Source: an uncultured Candidatus Saccharibacteria bacterium (GTDB taxonomy: Bacteria; Patescibacteriota; Minisyncoccia; 2-02-FULL-40-12; GWA2-44-9). Taken from it: DNA of 64,000 nt. Location: positions 200,022 to 264,021 of the forward strand of contig CAZENF010000001.1 of NCBI GenBank assembly GCA_964513645.1. Direction: 5' to 3'. Of this stretch, positions 26,768-36,297 are shown piece by piece. Position 1 is the stretch's first letter, and the number at the start of each line of letters is the position of its first letter. The notes beneath the pieces are model-generated. The model ran no database searches, had not been told where the DNA came from, and saw only the letters and a program-made list of their open reading frames with translations. A program made the translations under genes and the position numbers.

Positions 26768-26792
26768 AGCCCCGGCACACCGGGGCTTTTAT
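26768..26792 (+). terminator. Rho-independent terminator
   Basis: AGCCCCGG-CACA-CCGGGGCT followed by TTTT. Confidence 0.65.
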
Positions 26793-26820
26793 ATTAAAAT
26801 ATTTATACTAAACTATTGAT

Positions 26821-27429
26821 ATGGCCAAATTTAATCCCCTAAAATTACCATATCGTGGATACCGCTACCTGCGCCGCCGGGTGATAAGAGCGATGAGTCC
26901 GACTCCATTGCATGAAGAAAAGGCAATGATCCTAAAAAAAATCGCCAAACGGTATGGCCTCCGAACTCTGATCGAGACCGGAACATATTTAGGAGAAATG
27001 TTGGAATCGACTAAAGATTATTTCGATAATATTGTTTCGATAGAATTCGACCGGAAGCTCTTCGAAGAGGCCCAAAAAAAATTTGCCCGATATCCTAAGA
27101 TTAGGATAGTTCACGGAGACAGCGGAGAAAAACTTCCAGAGATCGTAGCAAATATCAAAGAGCCCGCTCTATTCTGGCTTGATGCTCATTATTCAGGGAA
27201 CGGCACAGGAAAAAGTCTCCTGGAAACTCCGATAATTAAAGAGTTGGATACGATATTTTTAAACAAAAGCGGTAAAAATGTGATATTGATAGACGATGCC
27301 AGATGTTTTGACGGTACCCATGATTATCCCACTATCCAAGAAATAAACGAGAAAATAAACGGCTACGGCGGATATTCGTTGAGCGTAAAAAGAGATATCA
27401 TAAGGATCGAGCCATTAAAAATAAAATAA
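26821..27429 (+). CDS. Class I SAM-dependent methyltransferase (TylF/MycF-like, candidate sugar O-methyltransferase)
   Basis: 202 aa; LIETGTYLGEMLE glycine-rich SAM motif and an acidic IVSIEFD motif II. Confidence 0.5.
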   Translation: MAKFNPLKLPYRGYRYLRRRVIRAMSPTPLHEEKAMILKKIAKRYGLRTLIETGTYLGEMLESTKDYFDNIVSIEFDRKLFEEAQKKFARYPKIRIVHGDSGEKLPEIVANIKEPALFWLDAHYSGNGTGKSLLETPIIKELDTIFLNKSGKNVILIDDARCFDGTHDYPTIQEINEKINGYGGYSLSVKRDIIRIEPLKIK

Positions 27430-27438
27430 TTTTTTTTC

Positions 27439-28290
27439 GTGATAATTGTTAATCTAATAGGCGGTTTAGGCAACCAATTGTTTCAATATTCCCTGGGTCG
27501 CCGTCTGGCTCTCAAAAATAAAACCGGACTCCGTCTGGATATTTTTGATTTTAAAAATTATGAAAACCGGTCTTTCTTGCTCGATAATTTTAATATTCGA
27601 GAGTCTTTGGCCACAAAACTGGAAATTATGAGATTGAAGTTCATGAGTTCTTTCGGTTCCAAGCCCTACTATGAAAAATCTGCTATTTATGAAAAGAGTC
27701 TGTCCTTTGACCCAAACATCCTGCATGCCCCCGCAAATTGTTATTTAAAAGGTTATTGGCAAAGTGAAAGATATTTTAAAGATATTGATGATGTTATTAG
27801 ATCAGAAATTACTCTTAAAAATCCGCCGAGTCCGGAATATCTGAAGATTTCCCAAGATATTCATAATTCCAATTCGGTTTCTCTCCATATTCGCCGTTCG
27901 GATTATTTATCCGGGAAAAATAAGAATATCTTTGCCGAGTGTTCGCCTGATTACTATAACAAGGCAATAGATGAGATATCTAAAAAAGTTGGCAATATAA
28001 AATTGTATTTATTTTCCGATGACATAGACTGGGTTAAAAATAATTTACAATTATCCTATCCGTCAGAATTTGTTTCAGACAAAAAGCTTCCGGTCTACGA
28101 AGAACTAATGCTGATGAGCTCATGTAAGCACAATGTTATCGCCAACAGTTCTTTCAGCTGGTGGGGTGCCTGGTTAAATAACAATTCTCAAAAAATAGTT
28201 ATCGCCCCTGAAAAATGGTTCCTCGGTCCCGAAATTAATCCGAGGTTCCAATCAAGCGATATTGTTCCCTCTTCTTGGCTAAAAATGTGA
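27439..28290 (+). CDS. Alpha-1,2-fucosyltransferase-like glycosyltransferase, family GT11
   Basis: 283 aa; N-terminal GGLGNQLFQYSLG and HIRRSDY, both GT11 hallmarks. Confidence 0.85.
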   Translation: MIIVNLIGGLGNQLFQYSLGRRLALKNKTGLRLDIFDFKNYENRSFLLDNFNIRESLATKLEIMRLKFMSSFGSKPYYEKSAIYEKSLSFDPNILHAPANCYLKGYWQSERYFKDIDDVIRSEITLKNPPSPEYLKISQDIHNSNSVSLHIRRSDYLSGKNKNIFAECSPDYYNKAIDEISKKVGNIKLYLFSDDIDWVKNNLQLSYPSEFVSDKKLPVYEELMLMSSCKHNVIANSSFSWWGAWLNNNSQKIVIAPEKWFLGPEINPRFQSSDIVPSSWLKM

Positions 28291-28366
28291 TATAACATAT
28301 ATTTTTAGCATTATTGCTATCTTCAGAATAAAAATATATAATGCTGTGATAACTTAATAAAAAAAT

Positions 28367-29176
28367 ATGAAAACTAAAAAAACGATCAACTCACTTAAAA
28401 ATAACTATCAAAAAGATGGTCATGTGCTATTGAAGAATTTCTTAGATCCAAACGACGTTAAAGGTTTTAAAGATATCCTGATCGATCTTATAAATTACCA
28501 TCTCCGCAAAGAGGGAATAAAATCCAACGACCCGGTCAATGATGGCTTGATAAAATTGGACCGCAAGAACCACAAAGCGATCGTCGCGATCTATGAAACC
28601 TTAAGAAATTCGGATGCGCTTTGTCGAATAGTTTATAACCAAAAATTATTGTCAGCGGTAAAGGAAATCCTCGGTCTGTCACCGGACCAGGCGGTTTATC
28701 TGGCTGGCCATTCCTGCCGGATCGACCCGCCCCGGGATGAAAGATTTACATATAAATGGCACCAGCAGTCTTATTATTCTATCCGTGAAGCGGCGGAGGT
28801 TCAGTTATGGACCCCGATGATTGCCAGAAATACCAAAGAAAAAGGCACCTTAAGCATCTTGCTCAAATCTCACAAAAAAGAACTGTCGCATCATCTCGAA
28901 AGAAATCCGGGCGGCCATGAACAAATGTTCATACCTGATGAAACTGTTAAAGGAATGTTCGTCGAGAAATTTGTAGAAATAGATCCAGGCGATGTTATTT
29001 TATTCCACCCTTATATGATCCACCGGAGCAATCATAACTCAAGCAAACAGGTCCGATATTCCATGATCGCATCCTACGCCAACCCTTTTGATAAAAGATT
29101 TAAGCTCGGACTATCAAAGGAGGATATCGAAGATATCGCCACTCATAACAAAAAAAGGGCCATCGTAAAGAAATAG
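28367..29176 (+). CDS. PhyH-family Fe(II)/2-oxoglutarate-dependent oxygenase-like protein
   Basis: 269 aa; DGHVLLKNFL N-terminus, WHQQSY and HPYMIHRSNHN His motifs in PhyH-like arrangement. Confidence 0.55.
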   Translation: MKTKKTINSLKNNYQKDGHVLLKNFLDPNDVKGFKDILIDLINYHLRKEGIKSNDPVNDGLIKLDRKNHKAIVAIYETLRNSDALCRIVYNQKLLSAVKEILGLSPDQAVYLAGHSCRIDPPRDERFTYKWHQQSYYSIREAAEVQLWTPMIARNTKEKGTLSILLKSHKKELSHHLERNPGGHEQMFIPDETVKGMFVEKFVEIDPGDVILFHPYMIHRSNHNSSKQVRYSMIASYANPFDKRFKLGLSKEDIEDIATHNKKRAIVKK

Positions 29177-29291
29177 ACTGCAAAATAAAAACCGTTACGA
29201 AAAGGACTGTTTTTTGTTATATATCCTTGATTGACAATGTAGATTTTTAATGATATTGTCTCGCACAAGCACTTTACCAATTGAGGATCTG

Positions 29292-30266
29292 ATGATAAAA
29301 AAAGTTCTGATAACCGGAATTAACGGTTCCGGCGCAAGTTACTTGGCCGAATACATAGTTAATCGCCATCCTGAAATTGACCTTTACGGGACGTTTCGCT
29401 CTTTAACTAATCTTAAAAATATTGAAACTATTTATGACCGAATCTTTCCTTTGCTATGTTCATTGACTGATACCGCTTTTCTTGAAAAAAAATTAAGAAC
29501 AATAAATCCTGATCTGATATTCCACATCGCCTCTTATGCCGATGTAAGAGCATCCTGGGATAGAATTCCTTTTGTTTTACAAAACAACATCGGTCTTACC
29601 GTAAATTTACTTGAAGCCGTCCGTCACGTCGGAATAAAACCAAAGATACAGATCTGCAGCACTCCGGAAGTCTACGGCCAGGTTGATCCGAAAAATATTC
29701 CGATCGACGAAAGCTGTCCGATAAATCCTTCGAATCCTTATGCGGTATCGAAATATGCTCAAGAGTCCCTGGCCTATTCCTACTACAAAGGCTTCGGGAT
29801 ACCCGTTGTTATCACCCGAATGTCGACCTATATCAATCCGCGCCGGCAAGATCTTTTTGCCACTTCTTTCGCAATGCAGGTAGCTCGGATCGAAGCCGGA
29901 CTCCAAAAAACATTACTTCACGGCAACCTTGAATCAACAAGAACGATCTTAGATGCCCGAGATTGTGCAAGAGCATACTGGTATGCACTTGAAAAATGTG
30001 ATGTCGGTCAAGTTTATAATATCGGCGGAAAAGTTATAGTCACTGTCGGTGATTTTCTTGAAATTCTCAAGAAAAAAGCCCGTTGTCCCATTCCCTCAGA
30101 GGTTGATCCTAAACTTCTGCGCCCGAATGACGCAACTCTACAGATCATCAACAGCCAGAAGTTCATTTCACAGACCGGCTGGCAGCCTAATTATAGTTTC
30201 GAAGAAAGTGTCGACCTTCTTCTGGACCATTGTCGTAAGGTCGTACAAAAGGAGTATAAGCTGTGA
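29292..30266 (+). CDS. GDP-sugar 4,6-dehydratase (Gmd/DmhA family)
   Basis: VLITGINGSGASYLAEYIV resembles ITGxTGQDGSYLAEFLL of Gmd. Catalytic triad region ICSTPEVYG and NPYAVSKYA. The ORF is open from 29250, but GAGGA plus ATG 29292 is the likely start. Confidence 0.7.
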   Translation: MIKKVLITGINGSGASYLAEYIVNRHPEIDLYGTFRSLTNLKNIETIYDRIFPLLCSLTDTAFLEKKLRTINPDLIFHIASYADVRASWDRIPFVLQNNIGLTVNLLEAVRHVGIKPKIQICSTPEVYGQVDPKNIPIDESCPINPSNPYAVSKYAQESLAYSYYKGFGIPVVITRMSTYINPRRQDLFATSFAMQVARIEAGLQKTLLHGNLESTRTILDARDCARAYWYALEKCDVGQVYNIGGKVIVTVGDFLEILKKKARCPIPSEVDPKLLRPNDATLQIINSQKFISQTGWQPNYSFEESVDLLLDHCRKVVQKEYKL

Positions 30267-31222
30267 AGAAGAAAAAAGTTCTGGTTTTGGGAGCAAGCGG
30301 ATTTATCGGACACAATCTGTTCAGAGATTTTTCCTCAAGAGACGATCTTGATGTTTACGGAACTTATTTTACCAACGACCGGACCGGAATTGATACCACC
30401 AATCCCCGCCTTTTTCATGTCGACCTGACGAACAAGGATTGGGTCGAAACCATCGTCAACGGTTACGACGTCCTGATACAGGCAGCCGCAACAACTTCAG
30501 GTTCAAAGATCATAAAAGAACATCCGGAACTCCACGTTACCGACAACGGCCTGATGAATCATCTTATCTTCAGGGCCGCTCATCACAACAATATTCCTCA
30601 TGTCATATATTTCAGCTGCACGATAATGTACAGCTTCGGTCACACCGCCCTGAAAGAAACCGACCTTGACCTAAACCGGGAGCTTGGCGATTACTTCGGA
30701 GCCGGCTGGACCAAAGTATATAACGAAAAACTTTGTGAATTTTATTCAAGACTTGGACGGACCCATTACACCGTTGTCAGACATTCAAATATTTACGGTC
30801 CTTATGACAAATTCGATCTCGAAAAATCTCATGTTTTCGGAGCCGCGATGAACAAAACCCTTAACCCGAAGAACGACAAGGTTGTTATCTGGGGTGACGG
30901 CAAAGAAAAAAGAGATCTCTTGTACGTAGACGATCTCGTCGAATTCGTCGGATTGGCAATGGATAAACAGAAAACTGTTTTTGAAATATTCAATGTCGGA
31001 TCCGGTGAAACAATATCCGTTAAAGAATTGTATGAAAAAATGGTTGCACATTCAGGAAGAAAAATAGAGCTTACTCACGACTTGTCTAAACCGACCTTCA
31101 AAGACAGTTCAATCACGATTGATATCGGCAAAGCCAAAGCCTTTGGCTGGACGCCCGGAACAAGCTTAGACGAAGGTATCCGAAAAACCATGGCCTGGTA
31201 TCTCGAAAACTTAAATAAATAG
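30263..31222 (+). CDS. NAD(P)-dependent epimerase/reductase (extended SDR; nucleotide-sugar 4-reductase/epimerase candidate)
   Basis: 319 aa; VLVLGASGFIGHNL Rossmann motif and YGPYDKF. Confidence 0.7.
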   Translation: MKKKKVLVLGASGFIGHNLFRDFSSRDDLDVYGTYFTNDRTGIDTTNPRLFHVDLTNKDWVETIVNGYDVLIQAAATTSGSKIIKEHPELHVTDNGLMNHLIFRAAHHNNIPHVIYFSCTIMYSFGHTALKETDLDLNRELGDYFGAGWTKVYNEKLCEFYSRLGRTHYTVVRHSNIYGPYDKFDLEKSHVFGAAMNKTLNPKNDKVVIWGDGKEKRDLLYVDDLVEFVGLAMDKQKTVFEIFNVGSGETISVKELYEKMVAHSGRKIELTHDLSKPTFKDSSITIDIGKAKAFGWTPGTSLDEGIRKTMAWYLENLNK

Positions 31223-31246
31223 CTTCAACTACTGAAGCTATTTTTA
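31220..31246 (+). terminator. Rho-independent terminator
   Basis: TAGCTTCA-ACTAC-TGAAGCTA followed by TTTTTATTTG. Confidence 0.65.
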
Positions 31247-31254
31247 TTTGAAAA

Positions 31255-32379
31255 ATGTGTTATCCTGTTTTTATGAACGACGCCCTCAGGGTGGCAATTT
31301 ATTTCAGGACCCGGAACCGCTCGGATTTTGTCATCCGCCAGCTGGAATATTACGCCGCGCAAAATTCGCCTCATCCGGTATATATTGCCGATGCCAGCGA
31401 CAAAGATGACGCACTCAAAACCCAAAAAGCCATTGAAAGATTAAAAGGCCGGCTTAAGGTGATATATAAATGGTATCCCTGGTCCGAAACAATGAACCAG
31501 AGCGATATCCATTGCGCTATCATATCCCTGATAAAAGAAAAATACGGCGCAAGTATCGGCGATGATGATTATTTTATACCCGATTCTCTGACAAAATGCG
31601 CGGAATTTCTTGAAAAAAATCCCGACTATGCAAGCGCAAGCGGCTACGCCGTCAGCTGTTATATTCAGGACAACGGAACATACGGGAAAATAGATTATAT
31701 TGCCGACTACCCGAGAAAACAGGTCGAATTTCCGACCGCTTCGGAAAGACTGGTGAAATTTTTTGAAGAATATTACACTTCAGGATTTTATGTTCACCGC
31801 ATGGAACCGATGCGCCGGTACTGGACCTTGGCCAAAGATATTCCGGATTTTTCTTTGTCGACGGAGATAGTTCACAGCGCGCTTTTAGTTTCCAAAGGCA
31901 AAGCTAAAATAGTTGATTGTTTAAGTCTTATCCGTCAGATCCATAACCGCCATGTAAAAGTCAGCAACACCTACGACTGGATAATGAGCGACAAATGGTA
32001 TCCTTCCCATAAAATGGCCGAGGAGATCCTGTCAAAAGAAATAATGGATATAGACAAGGTAAGCGAAGCTGAAGCTAAAAAATCTTTCCGAAAAGGGTTT
32101 TGGACCTATATTAACGACTGTTTAATACAGGATTTTAATTATGAATTCCCTTCCCCGGACGAAAAAGAAAAACTTCATAAAATTTATATGCGGAAAATAA
32201 GATCATTCGCCGGCAGAATGTTCCCGGCCGCAAAAAGAATTTACCGGACAAAAATAAAACCCCGCCGAACCGGCCAAAAATACCTTCATTCTCTGGTCAT
32301 CGATCCCGGCTCTGAATATTATAAAGACTTCCGGCCGATCACGGATTCTTTCTCCGGAAAATACATAGACATCCGATAA
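31255..32379 (+). CDS. Putative GT-A fold (GT2-like) glycosyltransferase, hypothetical
   Basis: 374 aa; RVAIYFRTRNRSDF...IADASD...GDDDYFIP (DxD-like). Weak family assignment. Confidence 0.4.
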   Translation: MCYPVFMNDALRVAIYFRTRNRSDFVIRQLEYYAAQNSPHPVYIADASDKDDALKTQKAIERLKGRLKVIYKWYPWSETMNQSDIHCAIISLIKEKYGASIGDDDYFIPDSLTKCAEFLEKNPDYASASGYAVSCYIQDNGTYGKIDYIADYPRKQVEFPTASERLVKFFEEYYTSGFYVHRMEPMRRYWTLAKDIPDFSLSTEIVHSALLVSKGKAKIVDCLSLIRQIHNRHVKVSNTYDWIMSDKWYPSHKMAEEILSKEIMDIDKVSEAEAKKSFRKGFWTYINDCLIQDFNYEFPSPDEKEKLHKIYMRKIRSFAGRMFPAAKRIYRTKIKPRRTGQKYLHSLVIDPGSEYYKDFRPITDSFSGKYIDIR

Positions 32380-32388
32380 TAACACCAC

Positions 32389-32414
32389 TTGACACCTTTT
32401 GGCACTTTTTAATA
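32389..32414 (+). promoter_or_regulatory. Copy 2 of the conserved 26-bp motif: TTGACACCTTTTGGCACTTTTTAATA
   Basis: Ends only 10 nt upstream of the ATG at 32425. 23 of 26 positions match copy 1. Confidence 0.45.
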
Positions 32415-32424
32415 CCATTTAGTC

Positions 32425-33132
32425 ATGGCTAAGATAAAATATCTCATCACCGGAGGAAGTGGAAGACTGGGCACACAGATAAGAAACAGAATCTCGTCTG
32501 TTTATCCGACCACAAAACAACTGGATATTTTGAAACCGGTCCAAATAGAAAAATATTTGTCCGACAAAACTGTCGGGGCGGTCCTCCACCTTGCGGCCGT
32601 ATGCGATATGGCCAAAACAGAGAAAGACCACGACCTGACATACCGGGTCAACGTTATCGGAACAAGAAATATCGCCCAGGCAGCCAAAAAATATAATAAA
32701 AAAATTATATACATATCTTCAGATTATATATTTCCGGGCACCAAAGGAAACTATAAAGAGACCGACACTCCCCAGCCGGCAAACTGGTATGGTTACACCA
32801 AGTATGCGGGAGAACTTGAGATTCGGAACTTAACCGACAACTACCTGATAATAAGAACGAGTTTTCGGCCGTTAATTTGGTCCTTCCCTACTGCCTACAC
32901 GAATGTTTATACCAGCGCAGATTATATAGATGTTATTGCGGATGAGATAAAAACAGCTTTAAACCTCGGGCTGTCCGGAATTGTTAATATCGGTACCCCG
33001 GTAAAAACATTTTATGACCTCGCAAAACAACGAAATTCGAAAGTATTGCCTGAAGAATGTAAAAATGATAATTTTCCCAAAAGAAGAGACCTATCCATCG
33101 CAAAATGGTTAAAAATAAAAAAACAATCTTAG
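32425..33132 (+). CDS. dTDP-4-dehydrorhamnose reductase (RmlD)-like NAD(P)H-dependent sugar-nucleotide reductase, compact form
   Basis: 235 aa; ITGGSGRLG and WYGYTKYAGE (RmlD-type YGxxKxxGE). Confidence 0.65.
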   Translation: MAKIKYLITGGSGRLGTQIRNRISSVYPTTKQLDILKPVQIEKYLSDKTVGAVLHLAAVCDMAKTEKDHDLTYRVNVIGTRNIAQAAKKYNKKIIYISSDYIFPGTKGNYKETDTPQPANWYGYTKYAGELEIRNLTDNYLIIRTSFRPLIWSFPTAYTNVYTSADYIDVIADEIKTALNLGLSGIVNIGTPVKTFYDLAKQRNSKVLPEECKNDNFPKRRDLSIAKWLKIKKQS

Positions 33133-34046
33133 TCTTAGGTGGAACGGGTTTTATAGGAAAAAACCTTATCCGAACTCTTTCCGCCCGAAAAGACCGTCGG
33201 ATAATTTCCGCATCAAAAAGCACCGGACTCGACTTGCTTGACCTTAAACAAGTTAGAAAGTATTTCGGAAAAGTCAAACCCGATGTAATAATTAATTGCG
33301 CCGCCCACACTGGCAGTCTTCACTATGTCACCGCTAAATCAGCCGATGTTTTAAATGATAACGTAGCGATGACGTTGAATATTTACAATGCCGTCCGGAG
33401 CGAATGTCCTGATGCAAAAATAATAAATCCCCTTTCAAATTGCTCCTATCCCGGAGATGCGAACATACACTTTGAGCCTGACTGGTTCAACGGACATGTA
33501 CATGACTCCGTATATTCCTACGGAAATGCCAAGCGTTTTATTTATATAATATCCCGTTGTTATCAGAAGCAATACGGAATTAAAACGGTAAATTTTCTTC
33601 TGCCAAATACTTTCGGGCCGGGAGACCATGCCGATGCCAATAAAGTCCACGCTCTGAACGGAATGATCATCCGGATGATAAAGGCAGATAAAGAAAAAGC
33701 TCCGGCTTTTGAAATCTGGGGCACCGGAAAACCAATAAGAGAATGGGCTTATGTTGACGACGTGATAAACATTCTCAAGGCCGGAATAGATACACAACAC
33801 GACTTGATTTATCCGGTCAATATGGGCCAAAATAGAGGATATTCGATAAAGCAATCAGCAAAACTTATCGCCCAAGCTCTCGGTTATAAAGGTAAATTAG
33901 TATTCAACACCAAATATCAGGACGGTGCCCCGATAAAGATCCTGGACAATAAAAAATTTAAAAAAATGTTCCCTAAATTCAGATTCACGGATCACAAAAA
34001 AGGAATTAAAAACACAGTCGAGTATTATAAATCAATCTTAACTTAA
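33105..34046 (+). CDS. GDP-L-fucose synthase (GMER/Fcl)-like epimerase-reductase
   Basis: 313 aa; ILVLGGTGFIGKNL, DLLDL, PDVIINCAAHTG, and LSNCSYPGD which resembles the LGSSCIYP motif of Fcl. Confidence 0.65.
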   Translation: MVKNKKTILVLGGTGFIGKNLIRTLSARKDRRIISASKSTGLDLLDLKQVRKYFGKVKPDVIINCAAHTGSLHYVTAKSADVLNDNVAMTLNIYNAVRSECPDAKIINPLSNCSYPGDANIHFEPDWFNGHVHDSVYSYGNAKRFIYIISRCYQKQYGIKTVNFLLPNTFGPGDHADANKVHALNGMIIRMIKADKEKAPAFEIWGTGKPIREWAYVDDVINILKAGIDTQHDLIYPVNMGQNRGYSIKQSAKLIAQALGYKGKLVFNTKYQDGAPIKILDNKKFKKMFPKFRFTDHKKGIKNTVEYYKSILT

Positions 34047-34050
34047 TAAA

Positions 34051-34980
34051 ATGAAAAAAATATTAGTCACCGGTGGTGCGGGATATGTCGGAACTTCGCT
34101 TATTCCCCAACTATTGGCTGAAGGCCACAAGGTCAGGGTCATTGATAACCTTATGTTCGGCGGAGATCAGCTGATAAACTTCATGAGGAATAAAAATTTT
34201 GAATTCATGAAAGGAGATATCCGGAATAAGATGCAATTAAAAGAAGCGTTGAAAGGCCGGGATGCAATTGTTCACTTGGCGGCAATTGTCGGTTTTCCGG
34301 CCTGCCGCATGAATCCAAAACTGGCCAAAGAGGTTAATTATGAAGGCACTAAAAATATCGCCGACCTTGCTTCCAAGAACCAACTGATAACTTTTGCTTC
34401 GACCGGAAGCTGCTACGGAGCGGTGATGGATATCTGCACCGAAAAAACACCCTTAAACCCATTAAGTCTATATGGTCAGACCAAAGTTTTGGCGGAAAAT
34501 TATCTTCTTAAAAAACATGACCCTGTGATCTTAAGGTTCGCCACAGCTTTTGGCCTTTCTCCGAGGCTCAGACTTGACCTGATGATAAACGATTTTACTT
34601 ACAAGGCCTTGACCCAGCAATACCTGGTGGTTTACGAAAAGAATTTCATGAGAACCTTTATTCATGTTCACGATATGGGACGGGCATTTTTAATGTCGAT
34701 AAACAAAGCCGCAAAAATGGCCGGCGAGGTTTATAATGTCGGTTCCGCCTCCCTTAATTTCAGCAAGGAAGATATCTGTAATAAGATAAAAAAACACGTT
34801 GACTGCTTTGTTCATTATGCCGATGTGGGCGAAGATCAGGATAAAAGGGATTACGAGGTAAGTTACAAAAAAATCAAAAAATTAGGATTTGATACTACTA
34901 TCACCGTGGACGAAGGTATACGTGAAATGATACCCGCTTTTCACATAATCAACGCCAAACTTCCCTACGGAAACGTCTAA
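34051..34980 (+). CDS. NAD-dependent epimerase/dehydratase (extended SDR), paralog of 13657
   Basis: 309 aa; ILVTGGAGYVGT, VIDNLMFGG, SPRLRLDLMINDF. Confidence 0.8.
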   Translation: MKKILVTGGAGYVGTSLIPQLLAEGHKVRVIDNLMFGGDQLINFMRNKNFEFMKGDIRNKMQLKEALKGRDAIVHLAAIVGFPACRMNPKLAKEVNYEGTKNIADLASKNQLITFASTGSCYGAVMDICTEKTPLNPLSLYGQTKVLAENYLLKKHDPVILRFATAFGLSPRLRLDLMINDFTYKALTQQYLVVYEKNFMRTFIHVHDMGRAFLMSINKAAKMAGEVYNVGSASLNFSKEDICNKIKKHVDCFVHYADVGEDQDKRDYEVSYKKIKKLGFDTTITVDEGIREMIPAFHIINAKLPYGNV

Positions 34981-35017
34981 TTCGTCATCTAAAAAACATG
35001 ATTTTGCCCTCTCTATA

Positions 35018-35045
35018 TTGACAAAGTCATAAATTTTGGTATTAT
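35018..35045 (+). promoter_or_regulatory. Sigma70-type promoter TTGACA-N16-TATTAT
   Basis: TTGACA 35018-35023, TATTAT 35040-35045. Followed by AAGGAGG (35069-35075) and the ATG at 35084. Confidence 0.5.
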
Positions 35046-35083
35046 ATTAGCCACTCTGTACATTCACAAGGAGGTTACCAGAG

Positions 35084-36178
35084 ATGGTGATCTTGGCGGC
35101 AGTGAAGTATGTTGGCGGCGCCAACGCCGTACTGCCGGTTATTACTGAAGCGATCAGAGATAAACAAGGACACGTTGTATTTGCCGACCCCTCCGGACCA
35201 GTCGCCTCTTCTTTTGCTTTGAGATATCCTCAATATCTGGACATTGTCGAACTTAAAGAAGACCCCATACACCTCTTACAGCGGGTCAAGCCGGATGTTG
35301 TTCTTATCTCTACCATTTGTTTTCATGAAGCAAATAAGAATTTAGAACTGATCCGGGAGGCGGCCCATCAAGGCAGCAAAATCGTTGTCGTTCAGGATTT
35401 CTGGGGAAACCACGTACTCATCAAAGAGGACATGCTACCAGATATAATTTGTGTCCAAGATCAATTTGGCAAAAAACTTGTTCTGGACACCTGGAAAAAT
35501 TATCCGGCAGAAAAAGTATTGCCTACCGGGCAACCGGCTTTTGATTACTTGGCCAAAGTGAATTGCCAAGAGGCCAAAGCGGAGCTAAGGCAGAAATTCG
35601 AACTGAGGGAAAATTGGCCGATAATCCATTTTTCCGGCGGGGTTGACGGAATGCCTGAAGCTGTGGCCATGACAATTGAAGCTCTGAACAATACTGACCG
35701 CCCTGTTTATTTTTTTATGCGCCATCATCCGGTACTTCTATCACCCAATTCCAATAAGCATCAAAAGAAAATATACGAAGCATACAAAGATCTGTCCAAA
35801 CAGTTAAAAAATGGTTTGGCAGTCGAATCCCAGTCTCAAGTCACCAGCAATCTTGTTAACACCGCTTCTGATATTGTTGTCAGCCAATATGGAACAATGC
35901 TGATCGAGGCTTGTTATTTGGGAAAACCTTCAATCGCTATCTGGACAAATACCACCGCCGATGATTTTAGAAAATCGACCAATTTGAACGATTTTCCCCC
36001 ATATTCTCTCGGCGCGGCTTCACAGGTAACAAATCCTGAACAGCTAACCTCTGTTCTTGATTCCGCCTTCAGACAAGATAACCGTTTCGACGCAATCAAA
36101 CAAAACCAATTCTATAATTTCAAGTCTGACGGTCAGAGCGCTAAAAGAATTTACGGAGTGATTAAGGAGTTGATCTGA
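35084..36178 (+). CDS. GT-B fold glycosyltransferase-like protein (hypothetical; LpxB/MurG/PseG-like topology)
   Basis: 364 aa; C-terminal YGTMLIEACYLGKPSIA resembles the GT-B donor-binding helix (G..xxE). No family-specific motif. Confidence 0.35.
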   Translation: MVILAAVKYVGGANAVLPVITEAIRDKQGHVVFADPSGPVASSFALRYPQYLDIVELKEDPIHLLQRVKPDVVLISTICFHEANKNLELIREAAHQGSKIVVVQDFWGNHVLIKEDMLPDIICVQDQFGKKLVLDTWKNYPAEKVLPTGQPAFDYLAKVNCQEAKAELRQKFELRENWPIIHFSGGVDGMPEAVAMTIEALNNTDRPVYFFMRHHPVLLSPNSNKHQKKIYEAYKDLSKQLKNGLAVESQSQVTSNLVNTASDIVVSQYGTMLIEACYLGKPSIAIWTNTTADDFRKSTNLNDFPPYSLGAASQVTNPEQLTSVLDSAFRQDNRFDAIKQNQFYNFKSDGQSAKRIYGVIKELI

Positions 36179-36181
36179 ACT

Positions 36182-36207
36182 AACCGCCTTCGCCGGCGGT
36201 TTTTTAT
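36182..36207 (+). terminator. Rho-independent terminator
   Basis: AACCGCC-TTCGCC-GGCGGTT followed by TTTTTATTTG. Confidence 0.65.
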
Positions 36208-36225
36208 TTGTCAACATGATACCAT

Positions 36226-36251
36226 TTGACACCTTTTGATACTTTTTGATA
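36226..36251 (+). promoter_or_regulatory. Copy 3 of the conserved 26-bp motif: TTGACACCTTTTGATACTTTTTGATA
   Basis: About 47 bp upstream of the GT2 gene at 36298, immediately after the terminator. Confidence 0.45.
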
Positions 36252-36297
36252 AAGTGGATTAAAGCTTTTAAAAATGATATCCTAAGCTTGTTAAAAT

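Noticed and set aside
32425-33132. RmlD-like gene as a truncated pseudogene (235 aa versus about 290 aa typical)
   Set aside because: The Rossmann N-terminus, the catalytic YGYTKYAGE motif and a plausible C-terminal region are all present in a continuous frame. It is treated as a compact but intact gene.
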